A stretch of DNA of 60,810 nucleotides from Bacteroidota bacterium (GTDB lineage: Bacteria; Bacteroidota; Bacteroidia; Bacteroidales; Dysgonomonadaceae). Positions within the stretch are counted from its first letter, which is position 1. Every line of letters starts with the position of its first letter. The stretch covers positions 1-60,810 of the forward strand of contig JAEZZZ010000032.1 in NCBI GenBank assembly GCA_023418255.1, written 5' to 3'. Below the pieces are notes generated by a model. That model was not told where the DNA came from, made no database searches, and saw only the letters and a list, made by a program, of their open reading frames with translations. A program made the translations under genes and the position numbers. Below, one piece after another: positions 1-9,766 of the stretch.

Positions 1-215
1 ATATTCCCTTGCCTTATTTTGTCTCGTTACTATTGAAGCTGATGAAAGGGAGAAATATAAACATTTATCCACTCGGGTCACAAATGAAATTGTGTGACTA
101 AGTGGGATTTAATAAGCAGACCCTAAATAAAAATAGATAATACACATTTAAACCGATGTTTCAAATGAGGCGCACATACACGTACCCTCTTTTGAGACAA
201 CAACAAATCCCTGTT

Positions 216-1145
216 ATGAAAACAATAAAAAAAGAAAAGCTTTTCTCCAAAGAATGGTTCATAGCCTATGGACTGATTGTTCTTGGCTCATTTTTATTTG
301 CTGCAGGCGACGTGATGATTGTGAATCCTTATCGTCTTGCTCCGGGTGGCACATATGGACTATCCAATGTTTTTAACACAGTGTGGCCATGGAAAATCAG
401 CTATTATGCTTTTTGCATGGATATCCCTTTATTAGTAATAGGTACGCTAATTTTAGGTCCGCGTTTTGGCGTAAAAACAATTGTTTCAACGTTTCTAATT
501 CTCGGTTTTGTTTGGCTTCTGGAATCCACATGGGGGTATACGCCCATTATTCACAATGGTTTATTGGAATCGCCGGATGCTAACGGATTAATGTTTGTTC
601 CCGACTATTTTCTGAACACTCTGGTTGGTGGATTGGTGTATGGCGTCGCCATTGGGATGATTTTTAAATCCGGTGCAACCTCAGGTGGAAGCGATATAAT
701 TGCCATGATTTTAAATAAATACACAAAAATATCGTTGGGAAAGTTGGTCATCATCGTCGATTCACTCATCACTCTTTCCACACTCGTTGCATTCGGACAA
801 TTGCGCTTACCATTCTATTCCATCCTGCTAATTTTTATCGAAGGAAAAGTAATTGATATCGTAATTGAAGGATTTCGACTGTACAAAACCGTTTTTATCA
901 TCACCACGCAATCAGATAAAATCCGCCACATCATTATTGATGAGTTGGGACGCGGCGGTACGGCTCTTAAAGGTATCGGCTTGTATAAAGGTGTTGAGCG
1001 CGACATTATCTATACAAGCGTTACGCTACGCGAATATATCAAACTAAAAGAAGGTATCTACAAAGCCGATCCCAACGCGTTTGTAAATGTGATGGAAAGC
1101 AGCGAAATCATGGGAAAAGGTTTCCGACGCCTGTCGGCTGATTGA
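216..1145 (+). CDS. YitT-family integral membrane protein (DUF2179-type C-terminal domain)
   Basis: ORF 156..1145. It has multiple hydrophobic helices followed by a soluble C-terminal domain, as in YitT/DUF2179 proteins. The start was moved to ATG 216 (MKTIKKEK) and remains uncertain. Confidence 0.75.
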   Translation: MKTIKKEKLFSKEWFIAYGLIVLGSFLFAAGDVMIVNPYRLAPGGTYGLSNVFNTVWPWKISYYAFCMDIPLLVIGTLILGPRFGVKTIVSTFLILGFVWLLESTWGYTPIIHNGLLESPDANGLMFVPDYFLNTLVGGLVYGVAIGMIFKSGATSGGSDIIAMILNKYTKISLGKLVIIVDSLITLSTLVAFGQLRLPFYSILLIFIEGKVIDIVIEGFRLYKTVFIITTQSDKIRHIIIDELGRGGTALKGIGLYKGVERDIIYTSVTLREYIKLKEGIYKADPNAFVNVMESSEIMGKGFRRLSAD

Positions 1146-1254
1146 GCGAGCCTAAAACAGAGAACAAAAAGGGTACTTAACTGTATCGTCACTACTAGCC
1201 GTTTATGAGCTTACAAAACAAACGTCAAGCACTCTTTTCTGTTCTCTTCCATAC

Positions 1255-2601
1255 TTAAAGTCCTAAAACAAACTTCGCGATGGAAAAATAGATAAGTACA
1301 CCGGAAATGTCGGCAATAGAGGTAATAAGCGGTGCGCTTGCCGCAGCCGGATCCAGTTTCAAACGAGTGAAGATAAATGGCAACAACATGCCTATGATAC
1401 TTCCGACCATCACCGTAAGAACCATCGTTAGGCAAACGACTAAAATGATTTGGGGCGCGCGTATACTTGCAACCAATCCTACACCGACAGCCATTGTTAT
1501 TCCCAAAAGCAACGAAACCACAAACTCTTTGCTCAACAATCGCATCCAATCTTTCCTCTTGACATCTCCCATTGCCATGGCTCGAATCATTAGTGTGGCA
1601 GATTGCGCTCCCGCGTTACCGCTGCTGTCAATCAATAAGGGCAGAAAAAAGACGAGCGCCACAGTGGATTCAATCACTTTTTCAAAGTTGGCGATAGCGG
1701 CTCCCGAGAACACATTCATAAAAACCAAAGCGGTCAGCCAAAAAATACGTTTTTTATATAAAAAGGATATGCTCGCGTTTACCGGATTCACTACGGCATC
1801 TTGCATCGCGCCAAAACGATGAAAGTCCTCCGTACTCTCTTCTTCCGCGATATCAAAAATATCGTCCACCGTAACAATACCTAAAAGCACACCGGCAGTG
1901 TCAATAACAGGCAACGCTACACAGTCGTAGTCTTTAAATACTTTCACGGCTTTCTCTTGGTCGTCGTAAGCACTGAGTGCCACGAACTTATGGTTTACAA
2001 GGTCGGCAATCTTATCCTCAGGATTGGCAAGTAAAATTTCGTGGATATCAATATCATCGAGAAGTTTCCAGTTTTCATCCACCACATACAACACGTTCAA
2101 CGTTTCTGAGTCTCTACCAAAGCGCCGAATATGTTCCAATGTTTCAGCCACCGTAAAATGCGACTTTACTGCCACATATTCGGGTGTCATCAAACGACCG
2201 ATACTTTCTTTTGGATATCCCAACAACTCGCGTGTTGTTTTCAGGTTCTCTTTACTTAGCAACTGCATCAATCGCTGTGCCACTTTGCCTGGCAGCTCTT
2301 CAAAAAATGCCGTTCGTGCATCAGGATCCATATCGTTCATCAAATCCGCTACCTTGCCGGCATTGTTGGCAAGACCTTCTATTATCTCTCCCTGCTTATC
2401 ATGCGATAGTTCCTGAAACACCTCTTTCGCCTGCTCACGCGTTAGAAAGCGAAACAGAATTGCCGATTCTAATTCGCTGTTGTATTCAATCGCGTCGGCA
2501 ATTTGCGGAATATCGAGATTGATGAGTTCTTCACGTAGTTTTTTCCATGCTTTATCCTTGATGAGCGCATGAAAATCAGTTTTAATTTCGCACATAATCA
2601 T
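1255..2601 (-). CDS. mgtE: magnesium transporter MgtE
   Basis: 448 aa with an N-terminal MgtE_N region, a CBS pair and a C-terminal TM domain carrying the IDSSGNAGAQS motif typical of MgtE. Confidence 0.93.
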   Translation of the reverse strand: MIMCEIKTDFHALIKDKAWKKLREELINLDIPQIADAIEYNSELESAILFRFLTREQAKEVFQELSHDKQGEIIEGLANNAGKVADLMNDMDPDARTAFFEELPGKVAQRLMQLLSKENLKTTRELLGYPKESIGRLMTPEYVAVKSHFTVAETLEHIRRFGRDSETLNVLYVVDENWKLLDDIDIHEILLANPEDKIADLVNHKFVALSAYDDQEKAVKVFKDYDCVALPVIDTAGVLLGIVTVDDIFDIAEEESTEDFHRFGAMQDAVVNPVNASISFLYKKRIFWLTALVFMNVFSGAAIANFEKVIESTVALVFFLPLLIDSSGNAGAQSATLMIRAMAMGDVKRKDWMRLLSKEFVVSLLLGITMAVGVGLVASIRAPQIILVVCLTMVLTVMVGSIIGMLLPFIFTRLKLDPAAASAPLITSIADISGVLIYFSIAKFVLGL

Positions 2602-2718
2602 CTCCTTTCCACTTCGATTGAAAAAGAGATGTTTTATCCCTTATCAATCCAAGGTTTTAAATTGTTTTACAATATTCGTAAGAGTCTTCGTCCATCGTTG
2701 AATCTTTTTTTCAATTTG

Positions 2719-2726
2719 CAAAGATA
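2719..2726 (-). promoter_or_regulatory. candidate -7 box for mgtE
   Basis: Plus-strand CAAAGATA is TATCTTTG on the minus strand, just after the rsmD stop and ~118 nt upstream of the mgtE ATG. Confidence 0.3.
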
Positions 2727-2728
2727 CA

Positions 2729-3262
2729 CTAAAAAGTGAAGATAGAAAAATGTACGCTTCCATATCTTCGTTCTTCTTGAAAGTGGGGAAGATACGAGAA
2801 GGAAAAATTTTTGGAATGTTCGAACACAAACAGGCCATTGTCTGCTACCCAGCCATTGTCGATAACAAGTTGTGGAAGCGTTTCTAACCGCGGCAGTGAA
2901 TATGGCGGATCGGCAAAAACGAAATTGAACGCTTCGTTTCTATTTTTCAAAAATTTAAAAACATCGCCTTTAATTGCCATCAATTCATCAGCGGCAAGAA
3001 TCTCTTTTGCTTTGCAGATGAAACGGTAATTTTTAACATTCATCTCAACACTCACAACACGAGGGCAACCACGCGAAACCAATTCGAGAGCGATACTCCC
3101 TGTGCCGGAAAAAAGGTCAAGTGCATGCGTTGTTTCCCATTCCACTTTGTTTTCAAGGATATTGAACAGGCTCTCTTTAGCAAAATCGGTTGTGGGGCGC
3201 AAATTAAGATTTGCAGGTGCTTTGATGCGCCTTGATTTATATTTTCCACCGATAATCCTCAT
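2729..3262 (-). CDS. rsmD: 16S rRNA (guanine966-N2)-methyltransferase RsmD
   Basis: 177 aa. MRIIGGKYKSRRI...RPTTD N-terminus, SAM motif DLFSGTGSIALE, and DPPY catalytic motif (FADPPY). Confidence 0.9.
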   Translation of the reverse strand: MRIIGGKYKSRRIKAPANLNLRPTTDFAKESLFNILENKVEWETTHALDLFSGTGSIALELVSRGCPRVVSVEMNVKNYRFICKAKEILAADELMAIKGDVFKFLKNRNEAFNFVFADPPYSLPRLETLPQLVIDNGWVADNGLFVFEHSKNFSFSYLPHFQEERRYGSVHFSIFTF

Positions 3263-4074
3263 AGTTGTGTGAGCAGATCTGTGGTGATTACTCCCTTTTC
3301 GTTCTCAGGAATCATTGTTTTTGGCGATAGGTTTATGGCGATTGTTTTGCGAATCAGTTTTTTTAGGGTTTTGAGCGTTTCCTCATATTGTGTGGAATCA
3401 CCTGAGAAAAACAGAAAGTCTGTTATTTGATTAAATGCTAATTTCTCCCATACTCCGGCAATAAAATAGGCAGCATCGTATCTGTTTTTGTTATCAAAAC
3501 ATATGGCTGTCATTAGCTTGTTTCCTTCAAAAGCGACAAGCGATACCATCTCATCATGAAAATCGACATAACACCTTTTTTCTTCAATTTCAGAATTATG
3601 TTTCAAAAAAGCAGGAATAAGACACTCTCCGGAGTGTGCAAACTGAGGATTCCAAAGATGTCGCGAAAGAAAAGAGTGCAGCTCCTCTTCAACGGGGTAG
3701 AACAAATAAATGGGCAAATGATTGATCGGTGAAAAAAGGATTTTTCGCCTTGTTTCATCTTGCAGAAAGTTAAAACGATACAATTTCTCCGCTTGATGTT
3801 TATCAAAATATTTTTCGGGCACAAGAGAATATTCAGGTGAAGCAATGATGACTCTCGTTTTTTGAAATGTATTACTGAAAAAACCGGCATCAAAGACCAA
3901 TTTCTTCACTTGATCTACGATTGGAATATTTTGTCCTAAAGGGGCACTCTTGTGATAATAAACAGAGCGATCGCCGGGTGAATGAATTGAAAAAGAAAAT
4001 CCATTCGGTGCGCACCGAATGGATAATATATATTTCTCTGGAAATGCTAAATCAATATTTTCCGGTAAAAACAT
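3259..4074 (-). CDS. DUF3822-like protein (function unknown)
   Basis: 271-aa ORF whose stop overlaps the rsmD start by 4 nt (ATGA). As I recall, this family sits next to rsmD in Bacteroidota. The family assignment is from memory only. Confidence 0.6.
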   Translation of the reverse strand: MFLPENIDLAFPEKYILSIRCAPNGFSFSIHSPGDRSVYYHKSAPLGQNIPIVDQVKKLVFDAGFFSNTFQKTRVIIASPEYSLVPEKYFDKHQAEKLYRFNFLQDETRRKILFSPINHLPIYLFYPVEEELHSFLSRHLWNPQFAHSGECLIPAFLKHNSEIEEKRCYVDFHDEMVSLVAFEGNKLMTAICFDNKNRYDAAYFIAGVWEKLAFNQITDFLFFSGDSTQYEETLKTLKKLIRKTIAINLSPKTMIPENEKGVITTDLLTQL

Positions 4075-4104
4075 GCGTCTTTCTCCATCAACAAAGATAT
4101 GTGA

Positions 4105-4809
4105 TTATTCCCAGTTACCGGCATTGTTGTTCACCGTTGTCAATGAGCCCACCATACGACCGGGATAATTATTCACCGGACGATCCTTCGCTTCTTGAAT
4201 CTTTTGTTCGAGCAATTTATGATTAAGATCTCCCAAATAGGTTTCAAAGGGCGTTTTAACCTCAAACACATGCACCTCATAACCCGATGTTGTTTGGATG
4301 TTTCCGATGCCCATTTCAAACCGGGCGCCACCGGAATGAGGAACATAACGCAATGAATCAAGTGAAATATTCTTACGATTGGGGTAAAGCACTTCCACAG
4401 CGGGGGAGAAAATAGAGTCTCTCATAAGCTGAGGAGCATTTTTGGCATCATCCCACAATCCGGCTTGGCGAATTTTACGTTCGTCACCGGTGCGGATAAT
4501 GTTCATCGCTTTCTCTTCGGTCATTCCATCTTCGAGCTGCTTTTCGGTTAAATCACCCGATTTTACGGGGATGGAAATTTTCCCTTCTCTTACAAAAGCG
4601 ATGAGGGTATCGAAACTGGCGGTGTATTTACCGTGCCTGGCACGATAGGCAATCTGAGCCGTTCGAATATCAACAAGGTGCTGAATAACGTCTTTGTCTC
4701 TTTTATCTACTTCTTTTCTAAAATCAATAGGTCCTTGGATACTTTTCCAGCAAAGGAAACCTAAAAGGACGATTGCAATGGCTAAAAGCACTCTAATTAC
4801 AACTTTCAT
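4105..4809 (-). CDS. hypothetical membrane-anchored protein
   Basis: 234-aa ORF with a single N-terminal hydrophobic helix (VIRVLLAIAIVLLGFLCW). It has clean coding appearance and no recognised motif. Confidence 0.6.
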   Translation of the reverse strand: MKVVIRVLLAIAIVLLGFLCWKSIQGPIDFRKEVDKRDKDVIQHLVDIRTAQIAYRARHGKYTASFDTLIAFVREGKISIPVKSGDLTEKQLEDGMTEEKAMNIIRTGDERKIRQAGLWDDAKNAPQLMRDSIFSPAVEVLYPNRKNISLDSLRYVPHSGGARFEMGIGNIQTTSGYEVHVFEVKTPFETYLGDLNHKLLEQKIQEAKDRPVNNYPGRMVGSLTTVNNNAGNWE

Positions 4810-4924
4810 GGACAGTTTTTTTTATTTTTATATTGTTTATTATTTTTGATTTTCGAATTTAGACTACAAATTTAGAAAAAGAATGATAAAAGTACTACTT
4901 TTACAGCAAAAAAAAGCCTAAAAA

Positions 4925-6349
4925 ATGATATTTCGCTTCTTTATTGATAAAATACAGGAAAATTTTGCATTTAATCTGACCGAAGACCAGCATCTGGCAT
5001 TGGGAAAAATTACTGATTTTCTTTTTTCGAAAGACAACGATCGCATTTTTCTTCTCAAAGGATATGCCGGAACAGGAAAATCGTCGCTAATTGGCAGTTT
5101 AGTCAAAACAATGAATCAAATGAATCAAAAAACAGTGTTATTGGCTCCCACCGGACGCGCGGCAAAAGTTTTTTCCGGCTATGCCAACCAAACAGCATTG
5201 ACCATTCATAAAAAAATATATCGCCAAAAACATTTTTCGGAAGAGGGTGCTGTTTTTTCGCTTTCCGACAATTTGCACAAACACACGCTTTTCATTGTGG
5301 ACGAGGCATCCATGATTAGCAACGACACTGATTATGTGGCAATATTCGGTTCGGGACGATTATTGAATGATTTGATTCGTTACGTATATTCCGGTGAAGG
5401 CTGTCGCCTATTGCTTATTGGTGATACTGCACAACTTCCACCGGTGAAGCAGGAATACAGCCCGGCACTGAATGTCGATATTTTAAACTCGTATAGTTTA
5501 AACACGACAGAATTTACATTAACCGAAATTGTACGTCAAGCAGAAGAGTCGGGAATTTTACACAACGCCACATTGTTACGAAACGCCCTGCGTGCAGGCG
5601 ACACCATACAATTGCCAAAATTGAAACTTTCGGGATTCAAAGACATTCTCAGCATCAGCGGAACAGACCTGATTGAGGCAATCGCGGATGCTTATCATAG
5701 AGACGGCATTGAAGAAACAATGGTGATTGCGCGTTCAAACAAACGTGTAAATGCCTACAACAACGGTATTCGCAATCGTGTGCTTTATCGCGACGAAGAG
5801 CTTTCCACCGGCGATTTGTTGATGATTACCAAAAACAATTATTTTTGGACAAATGATTACGACGATCTCGACTATCTTGCCAATGGCGAGTTGGTGGAAG
5901 TGCTTCGTATAAGAAAATACGAAGAGATGTACGGTTTTCGATTTTGTAGTGCATTGTTGAATCACAAAGAGTACGACATTGAATTTGAAGCCATGATTAA
6001 TTTAGATTGTCTGCATACGGAAGTTCCGGGACTGACACGCGAACAAAATGACGCTCTTTTTAATGCCGTGATGGAAGACTACGCCCATATAAGCCGAAAG
6101 CGTGAACGATATAAAAACATACGTAAAAATCCCTACTTTAATGCGCTGCAAGTGAAATATGGATATGCCGTCACGTGCCACAAAGCGCAAGGTGGCGAAT
6201 GGCAAAATGTGTTTTTAGATATCGGATATGTTCATTCCTCTTTTATGGGCGACAACTTTTATCGTTGGCTTTACACATCCATCACAAGAAGTTCAAAAAT
6301 GTTATTTCTTGTAAATTTGCCAAAAGATTTTATCGCTCTTTCCGATTAA
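4925..6349 (+). CDS. RecD-like / AAA-family SF1 DNA helicase
   Basis: Walker A GYAGTGKS, LAPTGRAAK, Walker B LFIVDEASM, and the C-terminal UvrD_C-like motif YAVTCHKAQGGEW. Confidence 0.8.
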   Translation: MIFRFFIDKIQENFAFNLTEDQHLALGKITDFLFSKDNDRIFLLKGYAGTGKSSLIGSLVKTMNQMNQKTVLLAPTGRAAKVFSGYANQTALTIHKKIYRQKHFSEEGAVFSLSDNLHKHTLFIVDEASMISNDTDYVAIFGSGRLLNDLIRYVYSGEGCRLLLIGDTAQLPPVKQEYSPALNVDILNSYSLNTTEFTLTEIVRQAEESGILHNATLLRNALRAGDTIQLPKLKLSGFKDILSISGTDLIEAIADAYHRDGIEETMVIARSNKRVNAYNNGIRNRVLYRDEELSTGDLLMITKNNYFWTNDYDDLDYLANGELVEVLRIRKYEEMYGFRFCSALLNHKEYDIEFEAMINLDCLHTEVPGLTREQNDALFNAVMEDYAHISRKRERYKNIRKNPYFNALQVKYGYAVTCHKAQGGEWQNVFLDIGYVHSSFMGDNFYRWLYTSITRSSKMLFLVNLPKDFIALSD

Positions 6350-6416
6350 TTACTATTTTTGTATGTTTCTTTGTTCTTTAATAGAATGGGTAAACATAAC
6401 TTAGGCAGAAATAAAA

Positions 6417-7160
6417 ATGATAAATTTGGAAAACAGAGAGCAGAAAATAGATCGACTCATTGAGGGATTGCAGTTCATACAACAATCACTGACATCCGCA
6501 AAAAACGACGATACACTTTCATTCTCATTTTTTAGAGAAACGTTTGAGCGAATGCAACATATCATGCATCAGCTGCACGACTTGGAAATATCGCAGGTTG
6601 AAGAAATGAAGCAACAAATGGAAAAGCTGCTGACATTCCTATCGGAACAAAACAAGCAGCAAACGCCACCACAAGGAATAAACCCGGAAGAAAAAAACGG
6701 CGAAGAACCAACGCCTGTTTTAGATAAAAACCAAGAAACAGTTCCTGACGAAATCTCTACACAAGAGGAGCCAAAAAGCGCTTTCGCCTATCCTAAACAT
6801 GTTATTTTGCCTGAGTTTAAAGATCCACGACAAACTCAAAAAGAAGATGAAACACAAAGCGATATCGCGTCATCCATTTCGAAAAAAGAGAAATCATCGG
6901 TTCAATCGTTCAACGATACCATGCAGGCACCGCCATCGCTGGCAGATAAAATGCACGGTTTGAGCCTGAACGATCGTTTTTTGTTCCAGCGCGAATTATT
7001 CAGCAACAATCGCGAAGCGATGAACAGCATGATGCTGCGCCTCGAAGCTTTTGACTCGTACGAAGGAGTGGAATCGTACATAAAAGAAAACACATCATGG
7101 AATATAAATGACGAAACAGTAAAACTTTTTTTGCAAGCATTAAAAAAACGATTCGAATAA
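6417..7160 (+). CDS. hypothetical protein (coiled-coil N-terminus, Q/E/P-rich linker)
   Basis: 247-aa ORF with no recognised catalytic motif. It is a long intact ORF lying between two same-strand genes. Confidence 0.55.
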   Translation: MINLENREQKIDRLIEGLQFIQQSLTSAKNDDTLSFSFFRETFERMQHIMHQLHDLEISQVEEMKQQMEKLLTFLSEQNKQQTPPQGINPEEKNGEEPTPVLDKNQETVPDEISTQEEPKSAFAYPKHVILPEFKDPRQTQKEDETQSDIASSISKKEKSSVQSFNDTMQAPPSLADKMHGLSLNDRFLFQRELFSNNREAMNSMMLRLEAFDSYEGVESYIKENTSWNINDETVKLFLQALKKRFE

Positions 7161-7179
7161 ACTTTTCACACGCTGCACG

Positions 7180-7860
7180 ATGGGAAAACTGTACTTGATT
7201 CCAACACCGATTGGGAATCTGGAAGATATGACGCTAAGGGCTATTCGCATCCTTAAAGAGTGCGATTTGATTCTTGCCGAAGATACGCGTACAAGCAGCA
7301 AACTGTTGAAGCATTTCGAAATTACCACGCACATGCAATCGCATCACGCGTTTAATGAGCATCAAACGGCTGAGCAAATTATCGAACGCCTTCGTGGCGG
7401 TGCCACGATTGCATTAATCACCGATGCCGGCACACCCGCCATTTCCGATCCAGGATTTTTAATTGTTCGCGCGTGCGTAGAAGCACAAATTGAAGTAGAA
7501 TGCCTTCCCGGCGCCACGGCGTTTGTGCCGGCATTGGTGATGTCGGGACTTCCCAACAATCGATTTTGTTTTGAAGGTTTTTTACCTCAAAAAAAAGGAC
7601 GTAAAACAAAACTGGAAGAGCTTGCAAACGAAACACGCACGATGATTTTTTACGAATCACCCTATCGTGTTCATAAAACATTGGTGCAAATGTCCAATTT
7701 TTTTGGAACGGAACGCCTCTGTTCCGTCTCACGCGAAATATCAAAAGTATATGCTGAAACCATTCGAGGGACATTGTCAGAAGTGGCTGCACATTTCGAA
7801 AAAACCGAACCCAAAGGCGAATTTGTGATTGTCGTGGAAGGAAATTCCGAAACAACATAA
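7180..7860 (+). CDS. rsmI: 16S rRNA (cytidine1402-2'-O)-methyltransferase RsmI
   Basis: GKLYLIPTPIGNLEDMTLRA N-terminus, EDTR motif and TDAGTPAISDPG, all typical of RsmI (tetrapyrrole methylase fold). Confidence 0.9.
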   Translation: MGKLYLIPTPIGNLEDMTLRAIRILKECDLILAEDTRTSSKLLKHFEITTHMQSHHAFNEHQTAEQIIERLRGGATIALITDAGTPAISDPGFLIVRACVEAQIEVECLPGATAFVPALVMSGLPNNRFCFEGFLPQKKGRKTKLEELANETRTMIFYESPYRVHKTLVQMSNFFGTERLCSVSREISKVYAETIRGTLSEVAAHFEKTEPKGEFVIVVEGNSETT

Positions 7861-8025
7861 TTCCTTATCAAAATCAAAATAAATTAATAAAAAAAGCGTT
7901 AGTTTAGACTTTGTATTATAGAAATTATCATAACCGATGTTTAATCAGCAATGAATGTTTAAATAAAAACAGAAAACTATTTGCCATTTCAAACGTTAAA
8001 TAATAAACAATAAAAATTGATTTTT

Positions 8026-8880
8026 ATGAAAAAAGTATGGATTTTGTTTCTTGCCATGGGGTTAATCGCTTCATGCAAAAACGTTAAAGAATCAAAGGAA
8101 TATAAAGAGCTGCAAGCTCAACGAGATTCCCTGTTGATGCAATCTTCGGCTGCCGATGCAGAAATTACGGAGATGATGAATGTAATCAATGAAGTGGAAA
8201 CAAATTTCGAGAAGATTCGTCAAGCAGAAAAGTACATTGCGACACAATCGGCACAAAAAAGCGAAATGAGCAAAGACACGAAAGCGCGCGTGAATGATAA
8301 CTTCAAGATGATTACGGAAATTCTTCAAAAAAACAAACAACAACTCGATGCGCTCAATCGCAAATACAAAGAAAGCAACACACAGGTTGCTGTTTTGAAA
8401 AAGACTATTGAACGCCTCAATAAGGAGATGCAGGAAAGTTCAGAACGAATGGTGCAGTTGCAAGAAAAATTGGCTCAAAAAGATGAAGAGATTCAAAGGC
8501 TGTCCGGTGATGTAAAAGCTCTTGTCGTAGAGACCCAAGCTCAATCGGCTACCATTCAGGCACAAGACAAATCGCTGCATACCGCCTATTTTGTGTTTGG
8601 CACCATGCACGAACTGAAACAACACAAAATTCTGTCCAGTGGCTTTCTGAAATCGACAAAAGTGATGACGGAAACATTCAACAAAAGTTATTTCACAAAA
8701 ATAGACATTCGTGAAACACAACAAATACCGTTGTACGACAAGAAAGCAAAAGTGTGGTCAACACATCCCGAAGGCACGTATGAATTTATAAAAGGTTCCG
8801 ATGGAAATCTTGTATTCAACATTACTGACACACAACGATTTTGGAGCCTTACAAAATACCTAATCATTGAAGTTTACTAA
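8026..8880 (+). CDS. hypothetical lipoprotein with long coiled-coil
   Basis: MKKVWILFLAMGLIASC signal peptide with lipobox Cys. The start was moved from TTG 8017 to ATG 8026. The central region is heptad-rich. Confidence 0.65.
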   Translation: MKKVWILFLAMGLIASCKNVKESKEYKELQAQRDSLLMQSSAADAEITEMMNVINEVETNFEKIRQAEKYIATQSAQKSEMSKDTKARVNDNFKMITEILQKNKQQLDALNRKYKESNTQVAVLKKTIERLNKEMQESSERMVQLQEKLAQKDEEIQRLSGDVKALVVETQAQSATIQAQDKSLHTAYFVFGTMHELKQHKILSSGFLKSTKVMTETFNKSYFTKIDIRETQQIPLYDKKAKVWSTHPEGTYEFIKGSDGNLVFNITDTQRFWSLTKYLIIEVY

Positions 8881-8966
8881 CAATCTTCTATAAACATGAC
8901 GTCAACAATCGTGGAGGATTTATTGTGTAATCCTCCACGACTGTTTTTTATTTATACCCACACAAC

Positions 8967-9662
8967 ATGGCATATAAAAACCTATTTATCGATTTAGACG
9001 ATACCCTTTGGAACATTCATCAAAACGGAAAAGAGTGCTTAGCCGAAATATTTATTGATTACGGCTATGATGCTTTTTATCCCACTTTTGAAGATTATTA
9101 CAATGTTTATATGCCCAATAACCAACGCCTTTGGACACAATATCATCAGGGAGAAATAAGAAAAGAGGAGTTGATTGTCGAGCGTTTTTTAATCCCTGTC
9201 CGTAAATTTGGAATTGATGATCCGGTTTACGCGAAAAAACTGAGCGATGACTTTTTAGAACGCACCACCCACAAAACTCGTCTGGAAGAGGGCGCGATAG
9301 AGCTATTGGAATATCTTAAACCCAAATATAAGATGCACATCCTTTCCAACGGATTTAGAGAAGTGCAATACAAAAAAATTGAAAACTCAGGATTGAAACC
9401 CTATTTTGATAAAATCATTCTTTCAGAAGATGCCGGCATCAACAAGCCAAACGCCGAAATATTTACCTACGCGTTGATCAACACCAATTCGCGACGTAAA
9501 GAGACACTGATGATTGGCGATAGCCTCGAAACCGACATCATGGGGGCGCACAATAGCAAATTAGCACAAATTTGGTACAATCCACACCAAAAGCCCTCTA
9601 CCGATGGATTCACGCCCACACATACAGTCAGTTCACTTCGAGATATAAAAGATATTCTGTGA
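8967..9662 (+). CDS. HAD-superfamily hydrolase, YjjG-like nucleotidase
   Basis: DxDxT motif in LFIDLDDTLW, SNG motif (ILSNGF), and the C-terminal GDS..TDI motif. Confidence 0.8.
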   Translation: MAYKNLFIDLDDTLWNIHQNGKECLAEIFIDYGYDAFYPTFEDYYNVYMPNNQRLWTQYHQGEIRKEELIVERFLIPVRKFGIDDPVYAKKLSDDFLERTTHKTRLEEGAIELLEYLKPKYKMHILSNGFREVQYKKIENSGLKPYFDKIILSEDAGINKPNAEIFTYALINTNSRRKETLMIGDSLETDIMGAHNSKLAQIWYNPHQKPSTDGFTPTHTVSSLRDIKDIL

Positions 9663-9695
9663 GCTGAGACGTAAAACCCTGTTTCAAGAATAGAA

Positions 9696-9730
9696 AAAGA
9701 GAATACACGATAACGAGTACTCTCTTTTTT
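9696..9730 (+). terminator. intrinsic terminator after the HAD gene (between convergent genes)
   Basis: AAAGAGAATAC / GTACTCTCTTT forms an 11-bp stem with one mismatch, followed by a T-run. Confidence 0.5.
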
Positions 9731-9766
9731 ATTTTTGAAATTATTGTTTCCTTATTCCATTGAAAA

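Noticed and set aside
71-108. An imperfect hairpin (CCACTCGGGTCACAA...TTGTGACTAAGTGGG) at the window start was considered as a possible riboswitch or terminator.
   Set aside because: The stem is interrupted and there is no U-tract. The upstream context lies outside the window, so it cannot be interpreted.
1211-2522. Several ORFs of 100-170 codons lie antisense to or out of frame with mgtE (1211..1549, 1307..1822, 2024..2416, 2184..2522).
   Set aside because: They are entirely contained within a gene that has an unambiguous MgtE translation. Their products are low-complexity or Cys/Arg-rich, which is typical of shadow ORFs.
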